A stretch of 64,000 nt of DNA from an uncultured bacterium (GTDB lineage: Bacteria > Planctomycetota > UBA1135 > GCA-002686595). Position 1 is the stretch's first letter. Each line of letters begins with the position of its first letter. Shown in pieces: positions 12,201 through 25,386 of the stretch. The notes beneath the pieces were generated by a model. It saw nothing but the letters and a program-made list of their open reading frames with translations. It had not been told where the DNA came from and searched no databases. The stretch covers positions 529,817 through 593,816 of the forward strand of contig CALSNU010000006.1 of NCBI GenBank assembly GCA_943787795.1. The letters are read 5' to 3'. The translations under genes and the position numbers were made by a program.

Positions 12201-13265
12201 GGCTCGGACGCGGAGCGCCTGTCCGGAATGTGGGAGGCCGCCCTCGGCCGCCCACCGGGGGACGGCGAGCGCGAGCTGCTCCTGCGGCACCTGGCGGCGT
12301 GCGCGGACGAGGAGCGCGAGACCGCCGGGCAACGGGCGCGACTGGAGGGGGACGTCGCCGCCGCGCGGGCCTCCGTCGAGCGCCTGCTGGGCCGGGCGCG
12401 CGCGGCGCTGGAGGCGCGCGCGGTCACCGCCGACGGCGGCGAGGTCAGCGAGGTTCGCGGACCGGAGGCCATCGCCGCCTGGGACTTCACCCGGGGGCCC
12501 GAGCCCCTGGAGGCGCCCCCTCGGCTCACCCTGCACGGCACCGCGCGGCTCGAGGGTCGAGGCCTGATCCTCGACGGGGAAGGCCACGCCTCCACCGGGG
12601 GGATCGACCTCCCGCTCGGGCCGCGTACCCTCGCCGCGTGGGTGCAGCTCGACGACCTCGGGCAGCGCGGCGGCGGCGTGGTCTCGGTCCAGAACCGCGA
12701 CGGCGGCCAGTTCGACGCCCTGGTCTTCGGGGAGCGCAGGGCCCGCCGCTGGGTCCCCGGCTCGGACAACTTCAAGCGCACCGCGGACCTCGACGGCGAG
12801 GACGAGAGCGGCGGCGCGGACCCCGTCCATCTGGTGCTCAGCTACGCCGACGACGGGACGGTCACCGCCTACCGCAACGGCTCCCTGCTCGGCCACCCGA
12901 TCCGCACGGCCCCCCTCGCCGAGTACCGCGCGGGGGACTGGAACATCCTGCTCGGCCTGCGCCACGGCGCGCCCGCGGCGAGCCGCCTCTTCCGGGGCAC
13001 GGTGCTCCGCGCGGCGGTCCACGGGCACGCGTTCTCCGCGGAGGACGCCCTGGCTGCCTTCGAGGGCCGCGCGCCCGTCCTGCGAGAGGACCTCATCGCG
13101 GCCCTGTCGCCGGCCGAGCAGACCCAGCTGCTCGATGCAGAGGACCGGCTCGCGAAGGGCCGCGCCGCCCTCGATGCCCTCGGCCCTCCCAGCGGGCGGG
13201 ACGAGCCCTGGACCCGCGTCGCCCACGCGCTCTTCAACCTGAAGGAGTTCATCCATGTCCGCTGA
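9222..13265 (+). CDS. PSCyt1/DUF1549/DUF1553 planctomycete cytochrome c protein with LamG-like insert
   Basis: ATG 9222. [62 protein letters not shown]. LamG-like TLAAWVQ..HLVLSY..TAYRNG. Confidence 0.9.
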   Translation: MLAPAALLILLQAALPVQGRQAAADQAEFFESRIRPVLVEHCYACHSSSGEAKGGVRLDHRAAMLEESLFGPIVSPGDPGESVLLQVMRHELEGLEMPEGGARLDDQVLADFEAWILAGAADPRDEPPGAAEVEALLSWEARLARRMDWWSLRPVEDPSPPEVEGTDHPVDRFIGARLGEQGLQPAGPATRRELHRRLTHVLTGLPPSPEELRRFEADPRPDAYERLVDRLLASPHFGERWARHWMDVVRYADSHGSEGDPQIPFAYRYRDYLIRAFNEDLPYDRFVREHVAGDLLEPRLDAEGRLNESILATAHWRLVYHGYLPTDPLDEKVRFVDDQINVLGKAFQAQTISCARCHDHKFDAISQADYTALFGVLASCRPGIVDANADALSHGVELELQTIQGGLRGALAEDWLAALLEASSLERLEQATGGELEGDYPLDALGRAASDPEWRRGAVGAGKVDAGEDDTAQVDTAEVGAREAGAGEIANAERWNLTDPEEAERWFSHGPGLEAGPVRAGRFTVAVEGPRALTGVYPAGLYTHLTSTRQRGVLQSRRVDLGEDLAVWGLVAGEGARFRHVVQDYPRQGTVYQTAGIGGGGWDWKRLDLAYWAGDSIHLELVTGQDAPVETTGGDRSWFGVREVALLPRGEEPARDPDPAETLLRLMASTGKDASPAAAAREALRGVLRRWEAYESSDAEALLLDACLRHGVLPNELDALSKSAPLIERYRALEADVPVPTRVPGLLEADAADWPLFERGDHRRPAGPVPRRFLEAIDPTPFDARGSGRLQLADALVAPSNPLTARVMANRVWHHLLGRGLVATPDNFGRLGARPTHPRLLDHLASEFVRGGWSVKGLIRHVVTSETFMRSADAAGEALERDPDNTLLSHASVRRMDAESIRDAMVEVAGAMDGRMFGPPAGTGPGTTRRSVYVRAQRNRMDPFLVAFDAPVPFAPVGARPATTVPAQSLTLLNDPLTWTLAGRWAERARGADGSDAERLSGMWEAALGRPPGDGERELLLRHLAACADEERETAGQRARLEGDVAAARASVERLLGRARAALEARAVTADGGEVSEVRGPEAIAAWDFTRGPEPLEAPPRLTLHGTARLEGRGLILDGEGHASTGGIDLPLGPRTLAAWVQLDDLGQRGGGVVSVQNRDGGQFDALVFGERRARRWVPGSDNFKRTADLDGEDESGGADPVHLVLSYADDGTVTAYRNGSLLGHPIRTAPLAEYRAGDWNILLGLRHGAPAASRLFRGTVLRAAVHGHAFSAEDALAAFEGRAPVLREDLIAALSPAEQTQLLDAEDRLAKGRAALDALGPPSGRDEPWTRVAHALFNLKEFIHVR

Positions 13266-14694
13266 CCCCATCGGCGACCGCGCGCTCTCGCGCCGACGCT
13301 TCCTGGAGACGACCTCCACGGGCTTCGGGATGCTCGCCCTGGCCGGGCTCACCGCCGAGACCTCCATGGCGGGCGTCCGCCGCGCGGTGGAGCGCGAGGC
13401 CGCGCGGCGCCAGGCGAAGCACGTGATCTTCTGCTTCATGTCCGGCGGCGTGTCCCAGGTGGACTCCTTCGACCCCAAGCCCGAGCTGGAGCGCCTCCAC
13501 GGCCAGCCCATGCCGGTGGCGGTGCAGCGGACCCAGTTCAACAACAACGGCAACGTGATGGCGTCGCCCTTCCGCTTCAACCGGCACGGGGAGAGCGGGC
13601 TCGCCGTCAGCTCGATGTTCCCCCACATCGCCACGGTGGCGGACGAGCTGGCGGTCATCCGCTCCATGACCAGCAGCGTCAACGAGCACGCCCAGGGCAA
13701 CTTCCTCATGCACACGGGCTTCCCGTTCCTGGGGCACCCCAGCGCGGGCTCCTGGCTCCACTACGGCCTCGGCAGCGCGAGCGAGGACCTGCCGGGGTTC
13801 GTCGTGCTCCAGGCCGGCGGCGCGGTGCCTCCCCACGGTGGCGTCGGGCTCTTCAGCAGCGGCTTCCTGCCCGCCCATCACCAGGCCTCGGTCCTGGTTG
13901 CCGACCGGGACCCCGCCGTCCGCAACGTCGCCCCGGCCCTCGGTCCGAAGGCGCAGCGTCGCCAGCTCGACCTGATCGCGGAGCTGGACGCAGGCTTCCT
14001 GGAGCGCTCCCCTGACCGCGACCTCGAGGCGACCATCAGGAACTACGAGACCGCCTTCCGGATGCAGACCGCGGTCCCGGAGGTCTGCGCCATCGACGGG
14101 GAGACCGCCGCCACCCGCGCGCTCTACGGGCTGGACGACCCTGAGCCCACCAAGGCCGCCTACGCGCGCCAGTGCCTCCTGGCCCGCCGGCTCGTGGAGC
14201 GTGGCGTGCGCTTCGTGGAGCTCAGCTGCATCACCAAGAACATCGGCGCGGGCGGCGCCGCCAACCCCTGGGACCAGCACGGCGACCTCGAGCGTGGACA
14301 CGGAGCCATGGCGTACCAGGTGGATCAGCCCATCGCCGGCCTCATCAAGGACCTGCGCGCACGCGGCCTCCTCGAAGAGACGCTGATCGTCTGGGCGGGG
14401 GAGTTCGGAAGGACGCCTTTCTCCCAGGGCTCGGACGGCCGCGACCACAACCCCCACGGGTTCAGCGTGTTCCTGGCGGGCGGCGGCGTGAAGGGCGGCA
14501 GCGTCCTGGGCGCCACCGACGAGCTCGGCTATCACGCCGTCGAGGACCCCTGCGACGTCTACGACCTCTGGGCCACCGTCCTCCACCTCTGCGGCCTCGA
14601 CCACGAGCGGCTCACCTATCGCTACGCCGGCCGCGACGTTCGGCTCACCGACGTGCACGGCCGGGTCCTGCGCGCGGTGGTCGACGGACCCTGA
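13255..14694 (+). CDS. DUF1501 family protein with Tat signal
   Basis: [60 protein letters not shown]. Confidence 0.93.
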   Translation: MSADPIGDRALSRRRFLETTSTGFGMLALAGLTAETSMAGVRRAVEREAARRQAKHVIFCFMSGGVSQVDSFDPKPELERLHGQPMPVAVQRTQFNNNGNVMASPFRFNRHGESGLAVSSMFPHIATVADELAVIRSMTSSVNEHAQGNFLMHTGFPFLGHPSAGSWLHYGLGSASEDLPGFVVLQAGGAVPPHGGVGLFSSGFLPAHHQASVLVADRDPAVRNVAPALGPKAQRRQLDLIAELDAGFLERSPDRDLEATIRNYETAFRMQTAVPEVCAIDGETAATRALYGLDDPEPTKAAYARQCLLARRLVERGVRFVELSCITKNIGAGGAANPWDQHGDLERGHGAMAYQVDQPIAGLIKDLRARGLLEETLIVWAGEFGRTPFSQGSDGRDHNPHGFSVFLAGGGVKGGSVLGATDELGYHAVEDPCDVYDLWATVLHLCGLDHERLTYRYAGRDVRLTDVHGRVLRAVVDGP

Positions 14695-14738
14695 CCGGCC
14701 CTCGCCCTCGGCCAGACGGACCGTTTGAGGAGTCCTTC

Positions 14739-14793
14739 GCGGGGCCAGCGACGGGTCCTGCGACAGGTCCAGCGGCAGGGCCACTCGCAGGGT
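14739..14793. repeat. Degenerate 12-bp tandem repeat between convergent genes
   Basis: gcggggccagcg / acgggtcctgcg / acaggtccagcg / gcagggccactc. Confidence 0.5.
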
Positions 14794-14806
14794 CGCGCCC
14801 GCGGTC

Positions 14807-16180
14807 TCAGAGCGCCTCGATCAGCTCCTCCCGGAAGCCGCCCTGCAGATCCGCGAGCTGCTCGAAGCCCATCCCCTTGAGCAGGCTGACCGCGCAGGAG
14901 GAGCGATAGCCGGCTGCGCAGTGGACCAGCAGCGGCGCCGCGCGGTCCCAGCCGGCGGCGATCTGCGCGAGTCGATCCAGCGGCGCGTTGACGGCCCCGG
15001 GGAGGCTCGCGTTGGCGTGCTCGCCCGGACCGCGAACGTCGACGATCGTCGCCCCCGATTCGGCCATGTGATCTGGCAGCCGATCGGGATGAACCCGGTC
15101 GATGGTGTCCAGCTCACCCGCCGTGAGGTCGGCCTCGAGGTCCGCCCAATCGATCACTCCGCGGACGGTGTCATAGCCGATCCGTCCGAGCCGGATCACA
15201 GCCTGGTCCAGCTGATCGGCCTCGCCGACGACGACGAGCTCGTCCCCGGGAGCCAGCACGCTCCCGGCCCAAGGGGCGAAGCGGCCGTGGAGCCCAACGT
15301 TCACCGCCCCCGCCATGAAGCCCGCCTGGAACGCGTCCTCGTGGCGCACATCGAGGAGCCTGGCCCCGGCCGCCATCCGCTCGCGGACCTCAGCCGCTGT
15401 GAGCCGCGTCACGGACGCCGCGAGCGTTTCCTCGAGCAGCGGGCGCTCCTGCTTGTTGAGCACCGCGTCATGGAGGAAGTAGGCCGGCGCCGGCGGGCGC
15501 GCCGCGGTCACGAGCGCCACGAACGAGGCCCGATCGGGCGCCTGCAGCGCGGCGTTCCCGCGCCGCTGGGCGCCGATGGTCGAGACCGTGTCGGTGCTCA
15601 GGTTGTTGCCGCAAAGCGACCCAGCCCCGTGGGCGGGATAAACGAGGACCTCGTCGGGGAGCGCCATGAGCTTGCGGTGCAGCGAGTCGTGGAGCATCCC
15701 GGCGAGCTCCTCGGAGGTCACCCCCACCGAGGACAGGAGGTCTGGGCGCCCCACGTCACCGATGAAGAGCGTGTCGCCCGTGAGGACCGCATGGGGCGCC
15801 GCGCCATCGCCATCGCTCACCACGTAGCTCACCCCCTCCGGGGTATGCCCGGGGGTCTCGAGGACCGCAATGCGAACGCGACCCAGCTTCACGACGTCGC
15901 CGTCAGAGAGCGCGGTGAAGCCGAACTCGGCCTCCGCCAGCGCCCCCAGGTAGATCGGGATCTGGAACCGATCGCGGAGCTCGAGGTGCCCGGCGAGGAA
16001 GTCCGCGTGGAAGTGAGTCAGGGCCACTCCGACCGGCCGCAGGCCGCGCTGCGCCAGGAAGTCCACGTACACCTCAATGTCGCGCCGGGGGTCCACCACG
16101 AGGGCCTCGCCAGAGGCCTCGTCGGCGATGACGTAGCTCGCGTGGGAGAGGCAGCCGAGATAGAACTGTTCGATGAGCAT
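14807..16180 (-). CDS. MBL-fold persulfide dioxygenase + two rhodanese domains (CstB/Blh-like)
   Basis: ATG 16180. GCLSHASY, THFHADF, TPGHTPE, TGDTLFIGDVGRPDL, PAHGAGSLCG; C-terminal rhodanese HCAAGYRS. Confidence 0.9.
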   Translation of the reverse strand: MLIEQFYLGCLSHASYVIADEASGEALVVDPRRDIEVYVDFLAQRGLRPVGVALTHFHADFLAGHLELRDRFQIPIYLGALAEAEFGFTALSDGDVVKLGRVRIAVLETPGHTPEGVSYVVSDGDGAAPHAVLTGDTLFIGDVGRPDLLSSVGVTSEELAGMLHDSLHRKLMALPDEVLVYPAHGAGSLCGNNLSTDTVSTIGAQRRGNAALQAPDRASFVALVTAARPPAPAYFLHDAVLNKQERPLLEETLAASVTRLTAAEVRERMAAGARLLDVRHEDAFQAGFMAGAVNVGLHGRFAPWAGSVLAPGDELVVVGEADQLDQAVIRLGRIGYDTVRGVIDWADLEADLTAGELDTIDRVHPDRLPDHMAESGATIVDVRGPGEHANASLPGAVNAPLDRLAQIAAGWDRAAPLLVHCAAGYRSSCAVSLLKGMGFEQLADLQGGFREELIEAL

Positions 16181-16263
16181 GGATCGAGGGGGTGAGGCGT
16201 TGGGGTCAGAGCGTAAGCGAACCCCTGAGCCGCTGGCGACCCGGACCACGCAGTCCGCCCCTA

Positions 16264-16304
16264 CGACCTAGGGGGCGACCTAGGGGGCGACCTCGGGGGC
16301 GACC
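16264..16304. repeat. 12-bp tandem repeat (cgacctaggggg) x3.4
   Basis: Units at 16264, 16276, 16288, 16300. Confidence 0.8.
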
Positions 16305-16486
16305 GCCTGAGTTCATCGGACGCGACCCGCGGAGCGACACGATCGCAGGAGGCCGACACCTCACCGCCTCGGCACGCAGGGTGCTCGGCGGGCCCTGGCC
16401 CCTGGGCCCTTAATCCTGACCCCTTGCCCCTTGATCGAGTCTCCTGCGGCGAGCGTTCGCCCTGGGGGGGGGTGCTCGGAGGATGG

Positions 16487-18274
16487 TCAGGGGGTGAACG
16501 TCACGGTCCAGGCGTTCGTGAGGTTGGAGAGTCCACCGGCGCAGGAGCCGCCGAGGTCGCGGTACCAGACCTGGAAGCCCCAGGTCGAGCCCACGGTGAC
16601 CGTCGCCGGGTTGGACCCGCTCGTGGCAGTGTCCAGGATCCCCGGCCCAACGGTGAACGCGCCCGCGGTGCCGGTGGCCTCGAGCGCGATCCGGAAGAGC
16701 CCCCCGGCTCCTGGAGCGAGGCAGAGCCGCCCGTTGTTCCCCGGGGGCGTGAGCCCTCCGAACATGCCGTTGGCGAAGACCACGAACCCGAAGGTGTTCG
16801 GCGTGAGCTGGCTCGCCTGGAGCACGAGGCTGTCGGTGAAGACCGAGCTTGTGCCGGTCGCGCGCAGCCGGCCGCCCTGCCCCGTGTTGTTCAGGCAGCC
16901 CTCGTCGGGACCCGCGGTGTTGCCACAGGCCGACTCGGCCACGTCATCGCAGTCGCAGTCGGAGTTCCCGATCTCCTCACACTCGTCCGGGATGCCGTTC
17001 CCATCGATGTCCATGGAGGCGCCGTTCGTGATGTCCAGGGCGTCCTCGACTCCGTTGTCGTTGCAGTCCTTGATCGGGTCCTCTTCGGGGTCGCGCGTGT
17101 CCAGGGCGTCGAGGTCGTCGTCCGGGTTGAGCCCCATCAGCTCGGCGTTGTAGTAGATCGCGGGGGTCGAGGCGCCCGGGGGCGGCGGCCCCAGCACGTC
17201 GCCCTCGCCGATGGGCAGGTTGAACCGACTGTCCAGCTGACCGAGCACCGCGGAGCCGCGGCGCACGGAGAAGAGCACCAGGTCCCGCTGGCCGCCAGGC
17301 GACCCGGGGAGCCAGTCGAAGGGTTGCTCGGAGGGCTGATAGCCGGGGATCCCGTTCTCACGGATCACCAGCGCGTCCAGGTCATCGCTGCCCGGGCCGC
17401 CGACGCGGTCGAGGCCGAGGAGGTCGGCGCTCGCGTAGGGCAGCACCTGGCCCTGGCTGTTCAGGACGAGAATGTCTGCGCCCTGGAAGGGGTTGCCGTT
17501 GGGGTCGAACTGGTTCGACGCGGAGTCGGCCACCGGCACATTGGGCTGGTTCGGATCCGTGAAGCCGGCCTCGAGCGAGAAGAAGTACGGGCCCGGTGCG
17601 CTCCCGATCGAGCGCACCTCGAGCCCGTCGAGGTTGTCCCCGGTCCCCGGAACCGTCGGCGAGGGGAGCAGCGGCTCCGCGAGGCCGATCCCGGGGAAGA
17701 GGCCCCCGCCCTGGGTGCCACCGCCCTCGCCGTTGCCGTCCAGCACCCCGGTGTTGTCCCCGAAGCCGAACTGCGGTCCGGGCGTCGACACCGACGTCAC
17801 GAAGATGTCACCGGCCGCCTCGAAGGCCGCCGCTTCCTCCCGAACGCTCCGCGGGAGGATCGAGCCAGGGAGCCCCGTGGCGAACTCATCCACGGAGAAC
17901 AGCAGGTCCACCGTGTATCCCGGGTCCGGCAGAAGCAGGGCGTCCCGACCGAAGGAGAACGCGTCCACCTCCACTCCACACGAGAACCCTGGGGCGTGGC
18001 CGACGCACTGGGTGTAGCTCGAGAGGAAGGAGCCGGGCGCGACGTTGAGCGCCGGCGGCGAGAGGAACGGCGGGCCGGAGGGAGTGAGCAGGTCCGCCTC
18101 CGTGATCGGGGGCGCGTTCGGTGAGGTCTGCTGACCCATGAGCGGCCCCTGCCAGTCCACGGAGAGGAGCACCTCGCTCTGCGGAGGCCCCTGCGAGAGG
18201 GCCGGGCCGGCGAGTGCGATGGAGAGCAGCGCGGGGCGCAGGAGCGAGGCAGCGGCGAGCGGAGGACGGTTCAT
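16487..18274 (-). CDS. Secreted acidic repeat protein + DCNxNG Ca-binding-like motif + C-terminal WxRD domain; paralog of 23294..25051
   Basis: ATG 18274, signal peptide. SVDWQG, EVDAFS, LLFSVDEFA, DDLDAL, FSVRRGSAV, DCNDNGVED; ends FQVWYRD..SNLTNAWTVTFTP. Confidence 0.85.
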   Translation of the reverse strand: MNRPPLAAASLLRPALLSIALAGPALSQGPPQSEVLLSVDWQGPLMGQQTSPNAPPITEADLLTPSGPPFLSPPALNVAPGSFLSSYTQCVGHAPGFSCGVEVDAFSFGRDALLLPDPGYTVDLLFSVDEFATGLPGSILPRSVREEAAAFEAAGDIFVTSVSTPGPQFGFGDNTGVLDGNGEGGGTQGGGLFPGIGLAEPLLPSPTVPGTGDNLDGLEVRSIGSAPGPYFFSLEAGFTDPNQPNVPVADSASNQFDPNGNPFQGADILVLNSQGQVLPYASADLLGLDRVGGPGSDDLDALVIRENGIPGYQPSEQPFDWLPGSPGGQRDLVLFSVRRGSAVLGQLDSRFNLPIGEGDVLGPPPPGASTPAIYYNAELMGLNPDDDLDALDTRDPEEDPIKDCNDNGVEDALDITNGASMDIDGNGIPDECEEIGNSDCDCDDVAESACGNTAGPDEGCLNNTGQGGRLRATGTSSVFTDSLVLQASQLTPNTFGFVVFANGMFGGLTPPGNNGRLCLAPGAGGLFRIALEATGTAGAFTVGPGILDTATSGSNPATVTVGSTWGFQVWYRDLGGSCAGGLSNLTNAWTVTFTP

Positions 18275-18382
18275 GGGAGTTGAGGTCCGAGACCTACCGA
18301 GTGTAGGAGGCCGGCCCATTCCTCGTCGCGGCCGCATGTCCCCATACGACACAACTGCCGCGGTCTTCCTCCACCCAGGCGC

Positions 18383-22203
<3,821 letters not shown>

Positions 22204-22260
22204 CTCTCCGATGGTAGAAGGCGAGACCGCTCTTTGGAGAGGTCGAGCTAGGATCCACCC
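22204..22260. promoter_or_regulatory. Back-to-back -10 boxes: TACCAT (- strand, 22211-22216) and TAGGAT (+ strand, 22249-22254)
   Basis: Each lies 7 or 6 nt before its ATG in a 57-bp divergent gap. Confidence 0.6.
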
Positions 22261-22875
22261 ATGGAAGAGCGTCCCAACGATTCCCTGGACGGCGTGACCG
22301 GCATGTGGCTCGCCGAGGTCAAGGGCGGTGACAGCGAGAGCTTCGGGCGGCTGTACGAGCACATCGCCCCAGCGCTCCTGACCTGGGCGGAGTTCCGCAT
22401 CCGCCCCGAGCAGCGCCAGCACGTGGACCCCTCGGACGTGGTGCAGGAGGTCTGGTTCCGGGCCTGGCGCCAGATGGAGTCCTTCGACCCCGAGGCCACC
22501 CCGTTCCGCTTCTGGATCTTCCGGATCGCCAAGAACGTGCTGCTCGAGGCGGTGCGCAAGACCCGCCGGGCCGACGTGACCGGGGCGGGCACCACGGCGA
22601 AGATCCAGCAGCTCGGCGAGCTCCAGGACACCATGACCGCCGTCTCCATGCGCCTCTCTCGCGACGAGGGCCTCGCTGCCTTCCGCGCCGAGGTGGACGC
22701 CCTACCCGAGGAGGAGCGCAAACTCGTGGTCCACTGCGGCCTTGAGGGGCTCCCCCTGGGCGAGGTCGCTGAGCGCCTCGGGATCTCCACCGAGGCCGCG
22801 GGCAAGCGCTGGCAGCGCCTCCGCGCGCGGCTCGCCGAAGGCACCCTGCCCGAGCACCTGCTGGCGGGAGCCTGA
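22261..22875 (+). CDS. ECF RNA polymerase sigma factor, planctomycete kinase-associated type
   Basis: GDSESFGRLY, DPSDVVQEVW, FRFWIFRIAKN (region 2); ALPEEERKLV..EGLPLGEVAERLGIS (region 4). Confidence 0.92.
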   Translation: MEERPNDSLDGVTGMWLAEVKGGDSESFGRLYEHIAPALLTWAEFRIRPEQRQHVDPSDVVQEVWFRAWRQMESFDPEATPFRFWIFRIAKNVLLEAVRKTRRADVTGAGTTAKIQQLGELQDTMTAVSMRLSRDEGLAAFRAEVDALPEEERKLVVHCGLEGLPLGEVAERLGISTEAAGKRWQRLRARLAEGTLPEHLLAGA

Positions 22876-23293
22876 GCAGCAAGGCGGCGCCGACCTCCCC
22901 GGGGGCGCCGGGCCTCTAAGTTCCGGGGACCAGCGGTTCCCGGCGGCGGCCGGCTTCGATGCCCGGGAAGAGCGGGTGCGCTGAAGGAGCGGGTGCACTG
23001 GAAGACCGGACGCCCAGGAAGACGGGTGCCGCTGCCCAGGAAGACTGGCGTCCCCCCGAGCCGGCGCCCCCCTTGGGCACGAAGGAGGACGAGGAGCTCC
23101 GGCGCGAACGGTTCCTTGATGCCACCCTCGCCGCCCTAAGTCCATATCGATCAGCGACTTGCCGGACGGATGCGCGAGAGGGGGACGCCGCAGCGACGAG
23201 AGGTTGTCCGCTCCTCGGACGCGGGCGCACTTGGGAGTGACGGGTCCAGTCGGGCCCGCGCACTCCACCACCAAAGAACCAAGGACCCAGGCC

Positions 23294-25051
23294 ATGCAAC
23301 TCCGCCCCCTCACCCTCGCCGGCACCACGCTCCTCCTCGCCTCCACCGCCGCCGCTCAGAGTCAGTTCACCTTCTCCATCGACTGGCAGAGCGCCTCGAT
23401 GGGCTCGCCCTCGTCCGGCGGAGTTCCCATGACCGACGGCGACCTCTACCACCCATCGACCCTGAGCGCGATGCCCGCACCGGGCTTCGTCCCGGCTCCG
23501 ACGATGAGCCTCGACCACGCCGTCGACCTCGGTCTGCCCGGCGGCTGCGTCGGGCGCGGACCCGGCGTGCCCTGCGCCATCGAGGTGGACGCGTTCAGCC
23601 GCGGCGCTGACTTCCAGTTCGGGCCCAACCAACCCATCCGCGCCGGAGACCTGCTCTTCAGCGTGGACGAGTTCGCCGCTGGGCGCCCCGGCGGCCCGCT
23701 CCCGAACGTGCGCAGCGAGTTCGCCGCCGGCGACAGCTCCGCGGACGCCTTCGGCAGCCTCAACACCCTGCCCCCCGGCCCCCTCCCGCCGATGCCGGGC
23801 AGGAACATCGGCATGGTCGACGGCGACGGCGCGTTCTCCGCCAGCGGCTTCACCTACCCGTCCATCGGGCTCAAGGAGCCGAACTTGCCCGCCCCCGGAC
23901 CGATTGACATGGGCGACAACCAGGACGCCATGGACATCGTGGAGCCCGGCACCGCCACCACTAGCGCCGTCTACTTCAGCCTCGACGGCGGCATGTTCGA
24001 CGGCCGTGAAGGCATCCCGAACTCGAACGCCGCCGCGGCGAACAGCGTCGGCGCGGCCGACATCTTCGTCAACGCCGGCGGCGGCATGGCCCTGTGGGCC
24101 GGTGCGCCCTCCCTCGGGCTCGACCTGGTCGCCCCCCTCACCGACGACATCGACGCGCTCATCCTCTGGGAGAACGGGAACGGGGTCGCCGACGTCGCAC
24201 CGGGCCCCTACGGCTGGCAGAACGGCATGGACATGATCATCTTCTCCGTGCGCCGCGGCTCCGCGGTCATCGGACGCCCTGACAGCCAGTTCGGCCTTCC
24301 GATCGAAGAGGGCGACCTGCTGATCCCGCCCGTCGCCGGCGGCGCCTCGCCCTTCCCCGCCATCTTCATTCCGGCCGAAGCCCTCGGGCTCCTGACGGTG
24401 CGCTCCCACGGCGTCAGCCTCGGCGACGATCTGGACGCGGCGGACCACATCAGCGGGAACCTCTTCGACTGCGACAGCGACGGCCTCGAGGACGCCATCG
24501 CCATCGCCATGGGCCTCGTGATTGACGCGGACCAGAACGGCGTGCCCGACGCGTGCAGCTCGAGCCCGGTCGGAGCCCCCTTCTGCTTCTGCCCCGTGGT
24601 CGCCGCCCCTTGCGGCAACGCCTCGGCCACCTCCGGCTGCGTCAACGGCGCAGGCACCGGGGCCTTGCTCTCCGGGAGCGGCAGCGCGAGCGTCGCCCTG
24701 GACAACCTGGTCCTTACCACGAGCGCGATGCCGGCGGGATCGTTCGCCATGACGGTCATGGGGACCGGGACCACGCCGCCCGCCATCCTCGCCAACGGGC
24801 TCCGCTGCGTCGGCGGCTGGATGCACCGCTTCCCGCCCTACTCGACAGCCAGCGGCACGGCGTCCATCGGCCGCGGCACGGCCAACGTCTCCATGGGGCT
24901 GGTCGCCTACTCGACCTCCACCTTCACTCCCTCCGGCCACATCACGGCGGGCTCCACCTTCCACTTCCAGACCTTCTACCGCGATCTCGGCGGGCCCTGC
25001 GGCGCCATGTTCAACCTCTCGAACGCTCTCACGGTGAACTTCACGCTCTGA
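23294..25051 (+). CDS. Secreted acidic repeat protein + Ca-binding-like motif + C-terminal WxRD-type domain; paralog of 16487..18274
   Basis: ATG 23294, signal MQLRPLTLAGTTLLLASTAAAQ. FSIDWQS, EVDAFS, LLFSVDEFA, DDIDAL, FSVRRGSAV; ends FQTFYRD..FNLSNALTVNFTL. Confidence 0.85.
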   Translation: MQLRPLTLAGTTLLLASTAAAQSQFTFSIDWQSASMGSPSSGGVPMTDGDLYHPSTLSAMPAPGFVPAPTMSLDHAVDLGLPGGCVGRGPGVPCAIEVDAFSRGADFQFGPNQPIRAGDLLFSVDEFAAGRPGGPLPNVRSEFAAGDSSADAFGSLNTLPPGPLPPMPGRNIGMVDGDGAFSASGFTYPSIGLKEPNLPAPGPIDMGDNQDAMDIVEPGTATTSAVYFSLDGGMFDGREGIPNSNAAAANSVGAADIFVNAGGGMALWAGAPSLGLDLVAPLTDDIDALILWENGNGVADVAPGPYGWQNGMDMIIFSVRRGSAVIGRPDSQFGLPIEEGDLLIPPVAGGASPFPAIFIPAEALGLLTVRSHGVSLGDDLDAADHISGNLFDCDSDGLEDAIAIAMGLVIDADQNGVPDACSSSPVGAPFCFCPVVAAPCGNASATSGCVNGAGTGALLSGSGSASVALDNLVLTTSAMPAGSFAMTVMGTGTTPPAILANGLRCVGGWMHRFPPYSTASGTASIGRGTANVSMGLVAYSTSTFTPSGHITAGSTFHFQTFYRDLGGPCGAMFNLSNALTVNFTL

Positions 25052-25105
25052 GCTCGACCACTGATTCGGGCCCGGCGGGTGACCCTGGCGGCGCCCGTCG
25101 CCCTA

Positions 25106-25149
25106 GCCCCAGCTCCGGGCCCCAGCTCCGGGCCCCAGCTCCGGGCCCC
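25106..25149. repeat. 13-bp tandem repeat (gccccagctccgg) x3.4
   Basis: Units at 25106, 25119, 25132. Confidence 0.8.
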
Positions 25150-25386
25150 TCCCCGGCCCCTCCCCGGCCAGGCGCTCCCCACGGAGCGGCTGGCCTCTGG
25201 CCTTTTCCGACCGATCCCTCCCCCCGCGCCCCTGAGGCCTCCCGGGACTCCGAGCGAGACAGCCCCGGGTGCCCCCTGGCTGGAATCCCAGAAGGCCCAG
25301 CCCCGTCTGTTTCCAGTTGGGGTCCGGCCGCTAGGCTGTCTGACCGGCCACCTCGTGCCCGCGGCCTCGCTCCCCACATCTTCCCC

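Noticed and set aside
23195..23245. Shared ECF promoter motif upstream of the two paralogs (GTTGT...GCGGnCGC at ~23202 and ~18355 minus)
   Set aside because: The similarity is too short and GC-rich to support from two sequences.
24553..25386. N-terminal extensions given by the ORF track (24553..27954, 47910..50681, 38446..40719, 36630..37505, 7877..8941)
   Set aside because: The extensions overlap other real genes or repeats and are Arg/Pro-rich noise; signal peptides, gene overlaps and -10 boxes support the shorter starts.
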